Below, piece by piece: positions 1 through 9,101 of a stretch of DNA of 64,000 nt. The DNA is taken from the IMG/VR virus record IMGVR_UViG_3300030098_004604, positions 1 to 64,000 of that record; one strand, written 5' to 3'. The stretch comes from an uncultured virus (IMG/VR IMGVR_UViG_3300030098_004604). Taxonomy: Duplodnaviria; Heunggongvirae; Uroviricota; Caudoviricetes. Made by a program: the position numbers and the translations under genes. The notes beneath the pieces were generated by a model. That model was given only the letters and a program-made list of their open reading frames with translations, did not search any database and was not told where the DNA came from. Each line of letters starts with the position of its first letter. Position 1 is the stretch's first letter.

Positions 1-2584
1 TTTCCGAACTGCTAATGGCGGTTATTGGTACGAAGCGACTGTAGACGATGGAACAGAGGTAGCCTTTGAAACTACAACAATGATGAGTCCGCATAGTAGA
101 TTTTTCGATAGGATATTTTTATCTGGTGGACAATCAACCATCGACAGAAATTCTCTGATGCCAAGTCACAGAATAGCGGTCCGCACTGTGTCCGATGGCA
201 CAGGAATAAAAACTGACGATGAATGGAAGACCATATGGCTTGGTGGCGATTACGGACCAAGAAGCTATACAACGATTTATACCGAAGATCAATTCGAATA
301 TACAAACTTTAATTATGCTAAGCCGTACGATCAGCTGCAGGCGACGTTACTGACCACCGCATACGATCCGTCAGCAATACAAATATCTTATGATTATAGA
401 AACTATTTGATGGAATACGAAAACTATCAAAATAGCCAAACTAACATGTCCGAGTTGCTTTTACCGAATTATTACATAATGGCCGACATGACTCGTTGGG
501 ATCTTGAGGCGAGTGAGGAACCGCTAGACCTATACCCACCAGAAATGTTAGAATATCTTTCTCGTCACGATAACACTGCATTTTCGTTAAATCAGTTCTT
601 AGAGCCCGATCCCGCAAAGCTGCCAGAGGTGCCGGATTGGTCTGTACGTACTGAATTAACCGTCAAGAACAACAGATTGGCGATTGAATACCTGACATCA
701 TCTTACGTACAACATTCATTGTCTGCAAGTGCTCAAAGTTGGGCCACGACTAAGATGAAGAACATGCTATTTGATGCTGACGCAATGAAAAGAGTCCGCG
801 CCGACAGCGAGTACACGCCATCCCTTAGCGGCCGACTCCCGTACAACATGAAAATCAATTTTACTACTGAATATTCCGATACTTTCACCAAGGCGATAGT
901 TGATAATGAATATGACTCAGAGTTTATAAAGTCTATTTATCAAATCTTTTCGGATAAATCGGAGAACATACAACCAGCGCGGAAAGACTATAACAAGTCT
1001 TCTACGTACTATACGGCCTCTGTTAGTGATGGCTCAGTAGGTCATGTTGCCGCAATAGAGACCACAACCTATCGAGAAGTTGACTATCTCCAAATGCTAG
1101 TAAACTCGCATAATACATATACAGATACCGATGAGGACTACATGTTTGTTGGCCCTCGCAACATCCAAAGAGAGGCAGCCTCGACTGATTCGAAGGAATA
1201 TCGGTATGTAAAGACACAGCCGCCTCTTGCGTTGATTGGCAACTTGCTGGATTATATTAGAGAGAACCCGGACGAGACGACCGTTACCATGTGGGCTGAT
1301 TTGTATTCGGATATGCTAAGGCATACCGAAACCGTTGCCTATAGGGTTGAAAAAATTGGTGGGCCTGCATCTGGTGACTCAAATACGCAGTCAGCATTAC
1401 AAAATTATTGGTTTATAAACAGCCGCCCAGACCCAGATTCAGATCCGCGAGATGCGATGCCATTTAATTTTATAGATTCTCAAGTTAAATACGGCCAAGA
1501 GTACACATACAAAGTTTACGCATATATCCTTAACGTGGGCATTCGCTATAATTTTACAGACTTGGTATTATCGCGCCAAATTGGATGCGAAAACGAGGAT
1601 GCAGACAAAGAAGGTTTAGAATTTTATGATCCACTAACAGGAGAGCGAGTGAATCGACTGTTGTTGGACGATACAACGACATATCCAACCAGCTTCTCTT
1701 CGTTAGAAGGAACGTTTCTTACGGAGGCTAACGTGTTTTCCTCCTATCCTTATGCAGCAGATTTTTACTTAAACTATGAGCCGCAAGTTAAGATTATTGA
1801 GGTGCCACTTTATGCGAAGACGCTTAAAATCTTAGACAATCCGGTCAATGAGCCAGTGATAACGCCATATGGAATTGATTCATCTGCTAATGAGATTGGG
1901 TTTCAATTCATTCATGGTACTTATGCCTCACGACCTTATCCCACTCCGGTTACCGACGCAGACTCAACCTATAAAGATGACTATTTGCACGCAAACGATT
2001 TATCAATTTCTATGGATATTCCCAATGCTTCTGTTACAAATACGACAGAGATATTAATATATCGCAGTACCGTACGGCCACAGTCGATATCTGATATGCA
2101 ATACTCAGCTTATGACACTATCGACTTGAGAATGCCACAACAAAAGTATTCCACATTTGGCTCCGCCACGTATAATGACAAAGTGGCGCCTAATAAAAAG
2201 TATTACTACTTATTTAAGAGTGTAAATGAGCACGACACACAAGCTCATCTTTCACCGGTTTATGAGGCTCAAGTGGTAAACGATGGCGGTTACGCATATG
2301 CCATCTTTAATACTATTCTCGAATCGGAACTTGAGGAGAAAGTCTACACTAATCCTACAAAGCATTTTAAAAACCTGATACAATTACAACCGAACTTAAG
2401 TCAAATGCAACTAAATACAGATGACGCAGATTTTAGCAATAGTGCTGCCTCGGAGATGGACAATGTAAGTATTGGCTCTGCAGCCGATTCTATATGGGAC
2501 AAGACATTCAAGATCCGCCTGACTTCTAAAAAGACAGGCAAAAAAATCGATTTTAACATTACTTATAATTTGAGAAGCGAATAA
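1..2584 (+). CDS. Large hypothetical virion/baseplate-region protein (5'-truncated)
   Basis: Frame is open from position 2 through the 80..2584 ORF; lies directly upstream of baseplate-like genes; no recognisable catalytic motif. Confidence 0.55.
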   Translation, partial: FRTANGGYWYEATVDDGTEVAFETTTMMSPHSRFFDRIFLSGGQSTIDRNSLMPSHRIAVRTVSDGTGIKTDDEWKTIWLGGDYGPRSYTTIYTEDQFEYTNFNYAKPYDQLQATLLTTAYDPSAIQISYDYRNYLMEYENYQNSQTNMSELLLPNYYIMADMTRWDLEASEEPLDLYPPEMLEYLSRHDNTAFSLNQFLEPDPAKLPEVPDWSVRTELTVKNNRLAIEYLTSSYVQHSLSASAQSWATTKMKNMLFDADAMKRVRADSEYTPSLSGRLPYNMKINFTTEYSDTFTKAIVDNEYDSEFIKSIYQIFSDKSENIQPARKDYNKSSTYYTASVSDGSVGHVAAIETTTYREVDYLQMLVNSHNTYTDTDEDYMFVGPRNIQREAASTDSKEYRYVKTQPPLALIGNLLDYIRENPDETTVTMWADLYSDMLRHTETVAYRVEKIGGPASGDSNTQSALQNYWFINSRPDPDSDPRDAMPFNFIDSQVKYGQEYTYKVYAYILNVGIRYNFTDLVLSRQIGCENEDADKEGLEFYDPLTGERVNRLLLDDTTTYPTSFSSLEGTFLTEANVFSSYPYAADFYLNYEPQVKIIEVPLYAKTLKILDNPVNEPVITPYGIDSSANEIGFQFIHGTYASRPYPTPVTDADSTYKDDYLHANDLSISMDIPNASVTNTTEILIYRSTVRPQSISDMQYSAYDTIDLRMPQQKYSTFGSATYNDKVAPNKKYYYLFKSVNEHDTQAHLSPVYEAQVVNDGGYAYAIFNTILESELEEKVYTNPTKHFKNLIQLQPNLSQMQLNTDDADFSNSAASEMDNVSIGSAADSIWDKTFKIRLTSKKTGKKIDFNITYNLRSE

Positions 2585-2595
2585 GCAAAACCATA

Positions 2596-2605
2596 ACTAT
2601 TTATA
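2596..2605 (+). promoter_or_regulatory. Putative late promoter motif ACTATTTATA
   Basis: Same motif recurs upstream of many structural genes; followed by SD GAGGA and ATG at 2623. Confidence 0.55.
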
Positions 2606-2622
2606 CAAAGAGAGGAAGATAA

Positions 2623-3615
2623 ATGGCATTTTTAGATAACTCTGGCGACATCATCTTGGACGCCGTACTCACAGATACTGGCCGCAGAAAGATGGCTAAC
2701 GGGACATTTCGTATTTCAAAATTTGCATTGGGCGATGATGAGATCGACTACAGTCTTTATAACAAAAACCACCCATCTGGGTCGGCATATTATGATTTAG
2801 AGATTCTACAAACTCCTATTTTCGAGGCCACCACGCAAACACATGCCGGTATCAATTACGGCTTGCTGGCCACAACTGCGACTGATTTGTTGTATTTGCC
2901 AACTTTCCACGTAAATGCTTTGAGCATCATGCAGGACAAGGGCGCCATTACGGGCTCCAGCAGTGGCATGTATTATGTCAGAGATAGTTCAAATGACACA
3001 ACCGACAATACAATCCTCAAAATTTTGGACGGCGCAAACTTACAGTCAATGGCTGGTACGACGGCTGCATCAAAATTTGTTCTTGTGGAATCTGGCCTAA
3101 ACACAGGCTGGGATGCAGTGCCGGTTGGCTCTGAAGCAAATAGGAGCACATATTTAGTTGCTAATGATCTAATTGATTCTGGCGTTTATGTTTTTTACGA
3201 CAATCGATTCATTAGTGGAATTATGGGCTTTGGTACGGGGACGAAATTCGCAGCACAAGGAACGACCGACTCTATGAAACTTAGCTCACTTGCTGAGGGT
3301 TCAACTAGTACAATAACCACAGGGTTGGACAACTACAGCGCTGTTACGGTTGCTGCGATTGCCAATAAGGTGTATCGCTCAGCTAGCCCAAACACAGAGC
3401 AAGACTATTCTGTGATCGCCGGCCCGAGAGCAACTGCTATGGCTATTTCGCCGATTATCAAAAGTGGACTTGACGCTGAATACGCACGCTATGGGACGCT
3501 CAATCACACCATCGGCGGCAAAACAACGCGATATATTGATACCACCATTTATTTGCAGGGTGTGCTCACGCCGGGAACCCTACAGATCCCAATTAGAATT
3601 ATTAGGCGTGGATAG
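2623..3615 (+). CDS. Virion structural protein, baseplate/tail-fibre attachment-like
   Basis: N-terminus 'DAVLTDTGRRKMA...ISKFALGDDEIDY' resembles the N-terminal motif of tail-fibre collar/baseplate proteins; structural context. Confidence 0.5.
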   Translation: MAFLDNSGDIILDAVLTDTGRRKMANGTFRISKFALGDDEIDYSLYNKNHPSGSAYYDLEILQTPIFEATTQTHAGINYGLLATTATDLLYLPTFHVNALSIMQDKGAITGSSSGMYYVRDSSNDTTDNTILKILDGANLQSMAGTTAASKFVLVESGLNTGWDAVPVGSEANRSTYLVANDLIDSGVYVFYDNRFISGIMGFGTGTKFAAQGTTDSMKLSSLAEGSTSTITTGLDNYSAVTVAAIANKVYRSASPNTEQDYSVIAGPRATAMAISPIIKSGLDAEYARYGTLNHTIGGKTTRYIDTTIYLQGVLTPGTLQIPIRIIRRG

Positions 3616-3634
3616 AGAATAACGGAGAAATTAA

Positions 3635-4720
3635 ATGGCTATTACTGCTTTCGAATTATTTGGCGATGGAGATGTGACGACAACCAGAACACTGCTCCAT
3701 GAGTCAATCCCCCTGACGGGAACCATTGTCAGTGGCACGTATGGATCGTGGCTGAGTGAAGAAAACATCAAGAACTATTCCCATGGAATGTTTCAGAGTG
3801 TCTATGATTATCCTTATCTAAGCTCGTCTGCAAACCACATCTTTGATATTACAGTTGGATATGATGAATCGTCAGCCTTGTCTGGCACCGCAAACAGAGT
3901 ACAACAGGCAAAGAAGATCAACATGTACAATCAGTTCTCGCAAGTGTTACTGGGATATACAGGTTCCAATAACAGAGTGCGGATGTTTGAATTGGATCTT
4001 GGGTTGGATGAGACCGGTTCGTGGGGCGGAAGCCGCACTACAGTCTGCAGCGACGGTGTATTTTTAAACTTCTCTCGTTTGGTTACCAAAGATCAAATTA
4101 AGAAAGGAACGTTTAGCATCACTGTTGGCTATGGGCCTTTTGCTAGCCCGTTCACTAATTCGCAAAGAGTTCTGACAGATAGTCAGACGACTTCCAACAG
4201 TGGCTCTGCGGAGACGCTTGGTGGTGATTATGGCGTCCTTTATGACACTTCGTCCGCCCCACGTGGTCTCGTATTTTACGAGTCTGGTATTGTTCTTCTG
4301 AGTGGTTCAGCGTTTAAAACTAGCAATGCCTCCAGTTCCGTTGGCTTCTTTAAACACCCTACGCTGGGCTTTCAGACGTATGAACAGGCAATGACCGGCT
4401 CGTCAATCTCCGGCGCATGCGATGCTGTCCGACACCGCGTTGCCAACATCTCCTTCAACAATACCACAGAGATTAACTCTACAATTTACTTCTGTCGCGT
4501 CCCGCACAATAAATATAATCACAGTAGCAACCCGACATATCTGTCTTCGAGTACGATCCGAGTCAAGAACGTTGCCTCTGACCAGCCTATCTCTTACATC
4601 ACAACTATCGGCTTGTATGGCGCTGATTCAAGTCAGCTGTTGGCAGTCGCAAAGCTGTCAGAGCCGCTTAGGAAGGATCCGACTAACGAGCTTACGTTGA
4701 GAGTTAGATTGGATTACTAA
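3635..4720 (+). CDS. Putative baseplate wedge protein
   Basis: C-terminal 'YITTIGLY...LLAVAKLSEPLRKD...RVRLDY' motif typical of baseplate/fibre-attachment proteins of large myoviruses. Confidence 0.5.
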   Translation: MAITAFELFGDGDVTTTRTLLHESIPLTGTIVSGTYGSWLSEENIKNYSHGMFQSVYDYPYLSSSANHIFDITVGYDESSALSGTANRVQQAKKINMYNQFSQVLLGYTGSNNRVRMFELDLGLDETGSWGGSRTTVCSDGVFLNFSRLVTKDQIKKGTFSITVGYGPFASPFTNSQRVLTDSQTTSNSGSAETLGGDYGVLYDTSSAPRGLVFYESGIVLLSGSAFKTSNASSSVGFFKHPTLGFQTYEQAMTGSSISGACDAVRHRVANISFNNTTEINSTIYFCRVPHNKYNHSSNPTYLSSSTIRVKNVASDQPISYITTIGLYGADSSQLLAVAKLSEPLRKDPTNELTLRVRLDY

Positions 4721-4722
4721 AA

Positions 4723-5946
4723 ATGTCGCTCAAGGAATTTGGCGAAAACGATGTTGTTGTCAACACGATGGTTACCAACCCGCGTTGCCAATTCTTTATC
4801 TACAATGGTAGTATATATTACAACAATCAGCCGGCCCAATCAGGCGCGTTTGCTTCGAATGTAAAAAACACGCCTTCTGGCTTTGTTAGTTTATACGAAA
4901 TAAACATTGATCGCCATGCTGACAGAAACCCTCTGATTTATCCCTTTGTCACGAAGCAAAGCTCAGGCACAAACTGGAGAACAGTAAGCACAACGGCATA
5001 CTCGACCGAGTTTGCCTATGGCGACGTGATGACATCAAGTTATCCGATGTCAGCCTCAATTACCAGAGAGTTGATGGTCAACGCTGGCACGCGCAGCATG
5101 GACATCAATCCAGACACCGGCGAATACTTCGCCGGCGCACCAGTTTATCGACACTTCTACGCGCTAAAAAACACACTTAACTATTACGGCACAAAAAGCG
5201 AACATTATAAGGTGTCGTCTTCATATGGAGACAAGAGCAACCAGACCATTAACCTCATATCTATCCCATCCATCTTCTATGGGCAAAATATAAAGCCGGG
5301 AAGTATTTCGATGAAGTGGTATGTTTCGGGGACTCTTGCTGGCGAACTGCAGGACACGAAGCGCAATGGGGAACTGATCGAGGTTACCGGCTCTAGTACT
5401 GGCTCTGTTGCGGGTGTTGTGCTTTACAATGAAGGCTTTGTGTTGCTGACCGGCTCATGGAACCTATCTGCCGCCTCAATTCCGCTTGTGTCTGGAAGCG
5501 CTTCTGGCAAAAAACCATCATGGATTTACTGGGGAGCCGGCGCCCAAGACGGTGTTTCGGTGGCGTCAACGGCTGCGGGAAATGCATCTGCTTCGTTTGA
5601 CTTCTCATTCCAAGGTGTTAACGATGTGCAAGTTGTAACCATGTTCGCTCACGCGCGCAAAGGAGAAGTCAATTACTCCAACAACCCCACATTCTTAACT
5701 TATGGTGAGGACCAAACAGAACAAACTAGTTCGTACATCTATGAAGAAAATCCCAAGAGAACGATTCACAACACAGTTAGTTCTAGCTATCGAGACTATA
5801 ATGCGCCTTTCAAGCGGCAGGTGTATATTTCCAGAGTGGCCGTGTATGACGAAAACAAGAACTTGATTGGTATTGCAACGTTGGCTAATCCAATCCTGAA
5901 GAAAGAAGATCAAGATATTTCGTTTAAAATAAAGCTTGACATATAG
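4723..5946 (+). CDS. Putative baseplate wedge protein, paralogue of the upstream gene
   Basis: Shares 'N.S.NPT' and C-terminal 'YISRVAVYD...LIGIATLANPILK...KIKLDI' pattern with 3635..4720. Confidence 0.5.
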   Translation: MSLKEFGENDVVVNTMVTNPRCQFFIYNGSIYYNNQPAQSGAFASNVKNTPSGFVSLYEINIDRHADRNPLIYPFVTKQSSGTNWRTVSTTAYSTEFAYGDVMTSSYPMSASITRELMVNAGTRSMDINPDTGEYFAGAPVYRHFYALKNTLNYYGTKSEHYKVSSSYGDKSNQTINLISIPSIFYGQNIKPGSISMKWYVSGTLAGELQDTKRNGELIEVTGSSTGSVAGVVLYNEGFVLLTGSWNLSAASIPLVSGSASGKKPSWIYWGAGAQDGVSVASTAAGNASASFDFSFQGVNDVQVVTMFAHARKGEVNYSNNPTFLTYGEDQTEQTSSYIYEENPKRTIHNTVSSSYRDYNAPFKRQVYISRVAVYDENKNLIGIATLANPILKKEDQDISFKIKLDI

Positions 5947-5958
5947 TAAGATAGTAAT

Positions 5959-6516
5959 ATGATTCTAGGGTTAGATATATCGACAAGCATCACTGGCGTT
6001 GCCGTGGTGTCTGACGGAGAAATATTATACTATGATTCTATTGACTTGCGGAAACACAAAGACGTTTTTGCAAAAGCGATAGAGATGAAAGAAAAGATCA
6101 TGGACCTCTTTGAGATGTATCAGTGTGACAATGAATCGTTCATCGGCGATTCAAAGTTCCCAATTGAACATATTTTCATTGAGCAGCCGTTTGCGTTCTT
6201 TAATTCAGGTGGCTCATCAGCTAAAACTATGGCTGCACTACAAAAGTTTAATGGCATTGTGTCGTGGATGATTTACGAGCTATTCGAGATTAAGCCACAA
6301 TATGTTGGAGCCACACAAGCCCGCAAGCTCTGCGGCATAAAGGTCCCCAGAGGACAGAAGGCGAAGCAGGTAGTGCTGCAGCACTTACTTGAAACTGAAA
6401 AGGCTTTTAGTGTGGAATATACTCGCCATGGTAACCCAAAGCCCGAATCCTATGATCGTGCTGACGCAATTATTATTGCGAAGGCTGGTTGTGAAATAAT
6501 CAAAAATCAAAATTAG
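5959..6516 (+). CDS. RuvC-like Holliday junction resolvase
   Basis: ILGLDIS...IFIEQP...DRADA acidic catalytic residues of the RuvC/RNase H fold. Confidence 0.85.
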   Translation: MILGLDISTSITGVAVVSDGEILYYDSIDLRKHKDVFAKAIEMKEKIMDLFEMYQCDNESFIGDSKFPIEHIFIEQPFAFFNSGGSSAKTMAALQKFNGIVSWMIYELFEIKPQYVGATQARKLCGIKVPRGQKAKQVVLQHLLETEKAFSVEYTRHGNPKPESYDRADAIIIAKAGCEIIKNQN

Positions 6517-6547
6517 TCAATATTTAGGATAAGGAGCACAAATACCG

Positions 6548-6994
6548 ATGAGCTTTTTACTCTTCTGCATGGGCATTTTATACGCCAATGCCGTAGAATA
6601 TGTTGTCCATCGATACTTGTTCCACGGATTAGGCAGGAAAAAAGGCAGCATCTTTTCCTTCCACCTGCGTGAGCATCATACCACGGCCCGCCGTAATGGG
6701 TTCGAAGATCGGAAAGTGTCGGCAAATGAAGCGATTGGCTTGCCAGTGTTGATAGCCACCCATTTGCCGCTAAGTGTGATAGCGCCAACATTCTTTAGTG
6801 CATTGGTTGTGTATGCTGTAGCGTTTGGGGTACTCCACAACTACCAGCACAGACATCCAGAATTCACAAAGAAGTACTTCCCTTGGCATTGGGATCATCA
6901 CATGGGCAACCCAAATAAGAGTTGGGGGGTGGTATTGCCCATCATGGACTGGCTTACAGGAACTTTAGAAAAACCATTTGACTCGCAAGAGTGA
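6548..6994 (+). CDS. Fatty acid hydroxylase/sterol desaturase family membrane protein
   Basis: His boxes HRYLFH, HLREHH, HNYQH, HWDHH separated by hydrophobic segments. Confidence 0.8.
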   Translation: MSFLLFCMGILYANAVEYVVHRYLFHGLGRKKGSIFSFHLREHHTTARRNGFEDRKVSANEAIGLPVLIATHLPLSVIAPTFFSALVVYAVAFGVLHNYQHRHPEFTKKYFPWHWDHHMGNPNKSWGVVLPIMDWLTGTLEKPFDSQE

Positions 6995-7006
6995 TCGTGC
7001 TATATT
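6978..7006 (+). promoter_or_regulatory. Sigma70-type promoter for primase
   Basis: TTGACT-17 nt-TATATT with extended TG. Confidence 0.7.
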
Positions 7007-7023
7007 GTAGTACGAGGATAAAA

Positions 7024-7962
7024 ATGGATCGAACCGAAGCTAGAAGGATTTTAAATGAAGTTATTGGATACAGCAGAAACTCTGGATCGGAGCTTCTTTA
7101 CAAGTGTCCGTCGTGCAATCACCACAAAAATAAGCTCTCTGTTAATTTGGACAAAAATGCTTTTAAATGTTGGGTTTGTGATTATCGCGGTCGTAATATT
7201 AGGCGTCTTGTTAGACGTTTTGGTACGAATTCACAATTACAGAAATGGGACCAGATTACAAACCGGGTTGATCTTGAGAGATTCGCTGATCTTTTTATGG
7301 AACCGATCACTGAAGAAGACTATCCACGAGTCGAATTCCCGGGGCAATTCATAAGTCTCACAGCAAAGAATTTGCCGGCAACGGCCAAGTTTGCTTATCG
7401 CTATCTGCGAGAGCGCGGCTTGACTGATGTCGACATTCTACGCTGGAAGATAGGCTATTGTTTTGAGGGGGAGTATCGCAACCGTGTGGTTATCCCCTCT
7501 TTTGATGATGAAGGTGCCGTGAACTACTTCATTGCTCGCTCGTATAACGGAGACTCATATAAATATAAAAACCCGAGAGCGTCCAAGAATGTTGTATTCA
7601 ATGAGCTTTTCACAGATTGGAACGCCGATCTAGTTTTGGTGGAGGGGGTCTTTGATGCCATCGTGGCCGGCAATGCAGTCCCTATTTTGGGGTCCACCCT
7701 ACGAAGAGACTCAAGACTAGTGCGCAAAATTGTATATAATGACACGCCTGTATATCTTGCGCTTGATCCTGACGCAGCAGACAAGGAGCGCCGAATCATT
7801 AAGATGCTGCAGCAATATGATATCGAGCTTTACAAGATTGATGTGCGCGGCTACGAGGACGTTGGCTCCATGCCGAGAGGAGTGTTTGAAGAGAGAAAGA
7901 ATAACGCATCCTTTATCGATGCAGACAACTATTTACTGTTGAATTTGTTGTCAGCAATATGA
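7024..7962 (+). CDS. DNA primase (DnaG-type)
   Basis: Zn finger CPSC...CWVC; TOPRIM motifs EGVFDA and DPDA; start set at ATG 7024 (SD GAGGA, downstream of the promoter). Confidence 0.9.
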   Translation: MDRTEARRILNEVIGYSRNSGSELLYKCPSCNHHKNKLSVNLDKNAFKCWVCDYRGRNIRRLVRRFGTNSQLQKWDQITNRVDLERFADLFMEPITEEDYPRVEFPGQFISLTAKNLPATAKFAYRYLRERGLTDVDILRWKIGYCFEGEYRNRVVIPSFDDEGAVNYFIARSYNGDSYKYKNPRASKNVVFNELFTDWNADLVLVEGVFDAIVAGNAVPILGSTLRRDSRLVRKIVYNDTPVYLALDPDAADKERRIIKMLQQYDIELYKIDVRGYEDVGSMPRGVFEERKNNASFIDADNYLLLNLLSAI

Positions 7963-7968
7963 GGATTC

Positions 7969-8919
7969 GTGATGAGATTAAGTGAGCAACGCCTTAAGGA
8001 GGTTATCTTTGAGGAGGCATACGGCCGCATTTTAGATGATTTGATAGTTGAGGAACTTTTCCGCGTTCTGCTTGAGCAAGATGATGAGATAGACGAAGAC
8101 GAATACTTAGAGCAATGGAAAACGAACAGCAGCTTTCGTCAAAAGGTTAAAGACTTTTTTGCCGGGTTTGATGCACTACCATCTATAAAGAAGAAAGCTG
8201 CTATTGTTGCTTTAGGTATATTAGGGGCCGCCGGGACTGATTTTGCAGGTGAGCATGCGTCCCAAGCACAAGCAAGAGAGATAGCCTCTGAGTTGCGCGC
8301 AGACGCTCAGGATGCCAGAGAAAAGTATTTTGGCACTGCAGCCGACTGGTCACACTTTAGAGACGCCGCCACAGCAGAGGGTGCTTCACCAATCGCCCCA
8401 GAGGACGACGAGGGAATTCAACAGGCCAAGGCCAAATTTATGCGAATGGGTGTGGACCAAGCACCAATCATTGGCGATGTGGGCTTGGGAATGAGTACAG
8501 GCGAACAACAGTTTTATTATACACCAGCGGACCAGATTCCTGATGATGAGCAGATGCCGTTTGTGGGCATGAGCAAGGCTGATTGGGAGTCTACCATTCG
8601 CCGGTGGCTTACTGAGCCCGATGGCCGCGATAGGCTTGAAAAATTTATAGGCACTCAGGGTCGCGGCCAGTCTATATTCTGGGCATATGGTCCCAGAGAA
8701 AAGTTGTTTTACCATGCTGCAGATGAAGCCCCCGAAGGACAGCGAGGCATGTGGCTTCCACCAGAATGGTCAGTAGCCTATGATGTAGTTCAGAAGAACA
8801 AAGCCAGAGCAGGGAATCAACCCTCTCCCGAGGATGAAATAGGGATCCCGCTGGGTACAGATAGCTGGCTGCAAGAAAATTTAAGAAAGTACTTGCATTC
8901 TCTGGCCACTGTGTTATAA
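7969..8919 (+). CDS. Hypothetical protein with a divergent MKIT-type leader and one hydrophobic segment
   Basis: N-terminus MRLSEQRLKEVIFEE resembles the leader family; AAIVALGILGAAG segment. Confidence 0.6.
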   Translation: MMRLSEQRLKEVIFEEAYGRILDDLIVEELFRVLLEQDDEIDEDEYLEQWKTNSSFRQKVKDFFAGFDALPSIKKKAAIVALGILGAAGTDFAGEHASQAQAREIASELRADAQDAREKYFGTAADWSHFRDAATAEGASPIAPEDDEGIQQAKAKFMRMGVDQAPIIGDVGLGMSTGEQQFYYTPADQIPDDEQMPFVGMSKADWESTIRRWLTEPDGRDRLEKFIGTQGRGQSIFWAYGPREKLFYHAADEAPEGQRGMWLPPEWSVAYDVVQKNKARAGNQPSPEDEIGIPLGTDSWLQENLRKYLHSLATVL

Positions 8920-8920
8920 T
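8893..8920 (+). promoter_or_regulatory. Sigma70-type promoter
   Basis: TTGCAT-16 nt-TATAAT with extended TG. Confidence 0.6.
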
Positions 8921-8947
8921 AATATTATGAGCATCAGGAGGGCAACA

Positions 8948-9031
8948 ATGTTCGTACTTAATCTTATGGTGGACGCGGCACTACTCATCGTGTCATACTA
9001 CGGAACACTGTTTTTACTACAATCGATTTAA
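8948..9031 (+). CDS. 27-aa hydrophobic peptide (MFVLNLMVDAALLIVSYYGTLFLLQSI)
   Basis: SD AGGAGG, ATG 8948, TAA 9029-9031, own promoter; below the ORF track cutoff. Confidence 0.55.
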   Translation: MFVLNLMVDAALLIVSYYGTLFLLQSI

Positions 9032-9040
9032 ATTAAAAAC

Positions 9041-9069
9041 TTGACAGCCTTTATTAGTATTGCTATAAT
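9041..9069 (+). promoter_or_regulatory. Consensus sigma70 promoter
   Basis: TTGACA-17 nt-TATAAT with extended TG, upstream of the nuclease gene. Confidence 0.85.
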
Positions 9070-9101
9070 ACTTTTAAAGGCTTTATCTTTAAGGAGGATG
9101 C

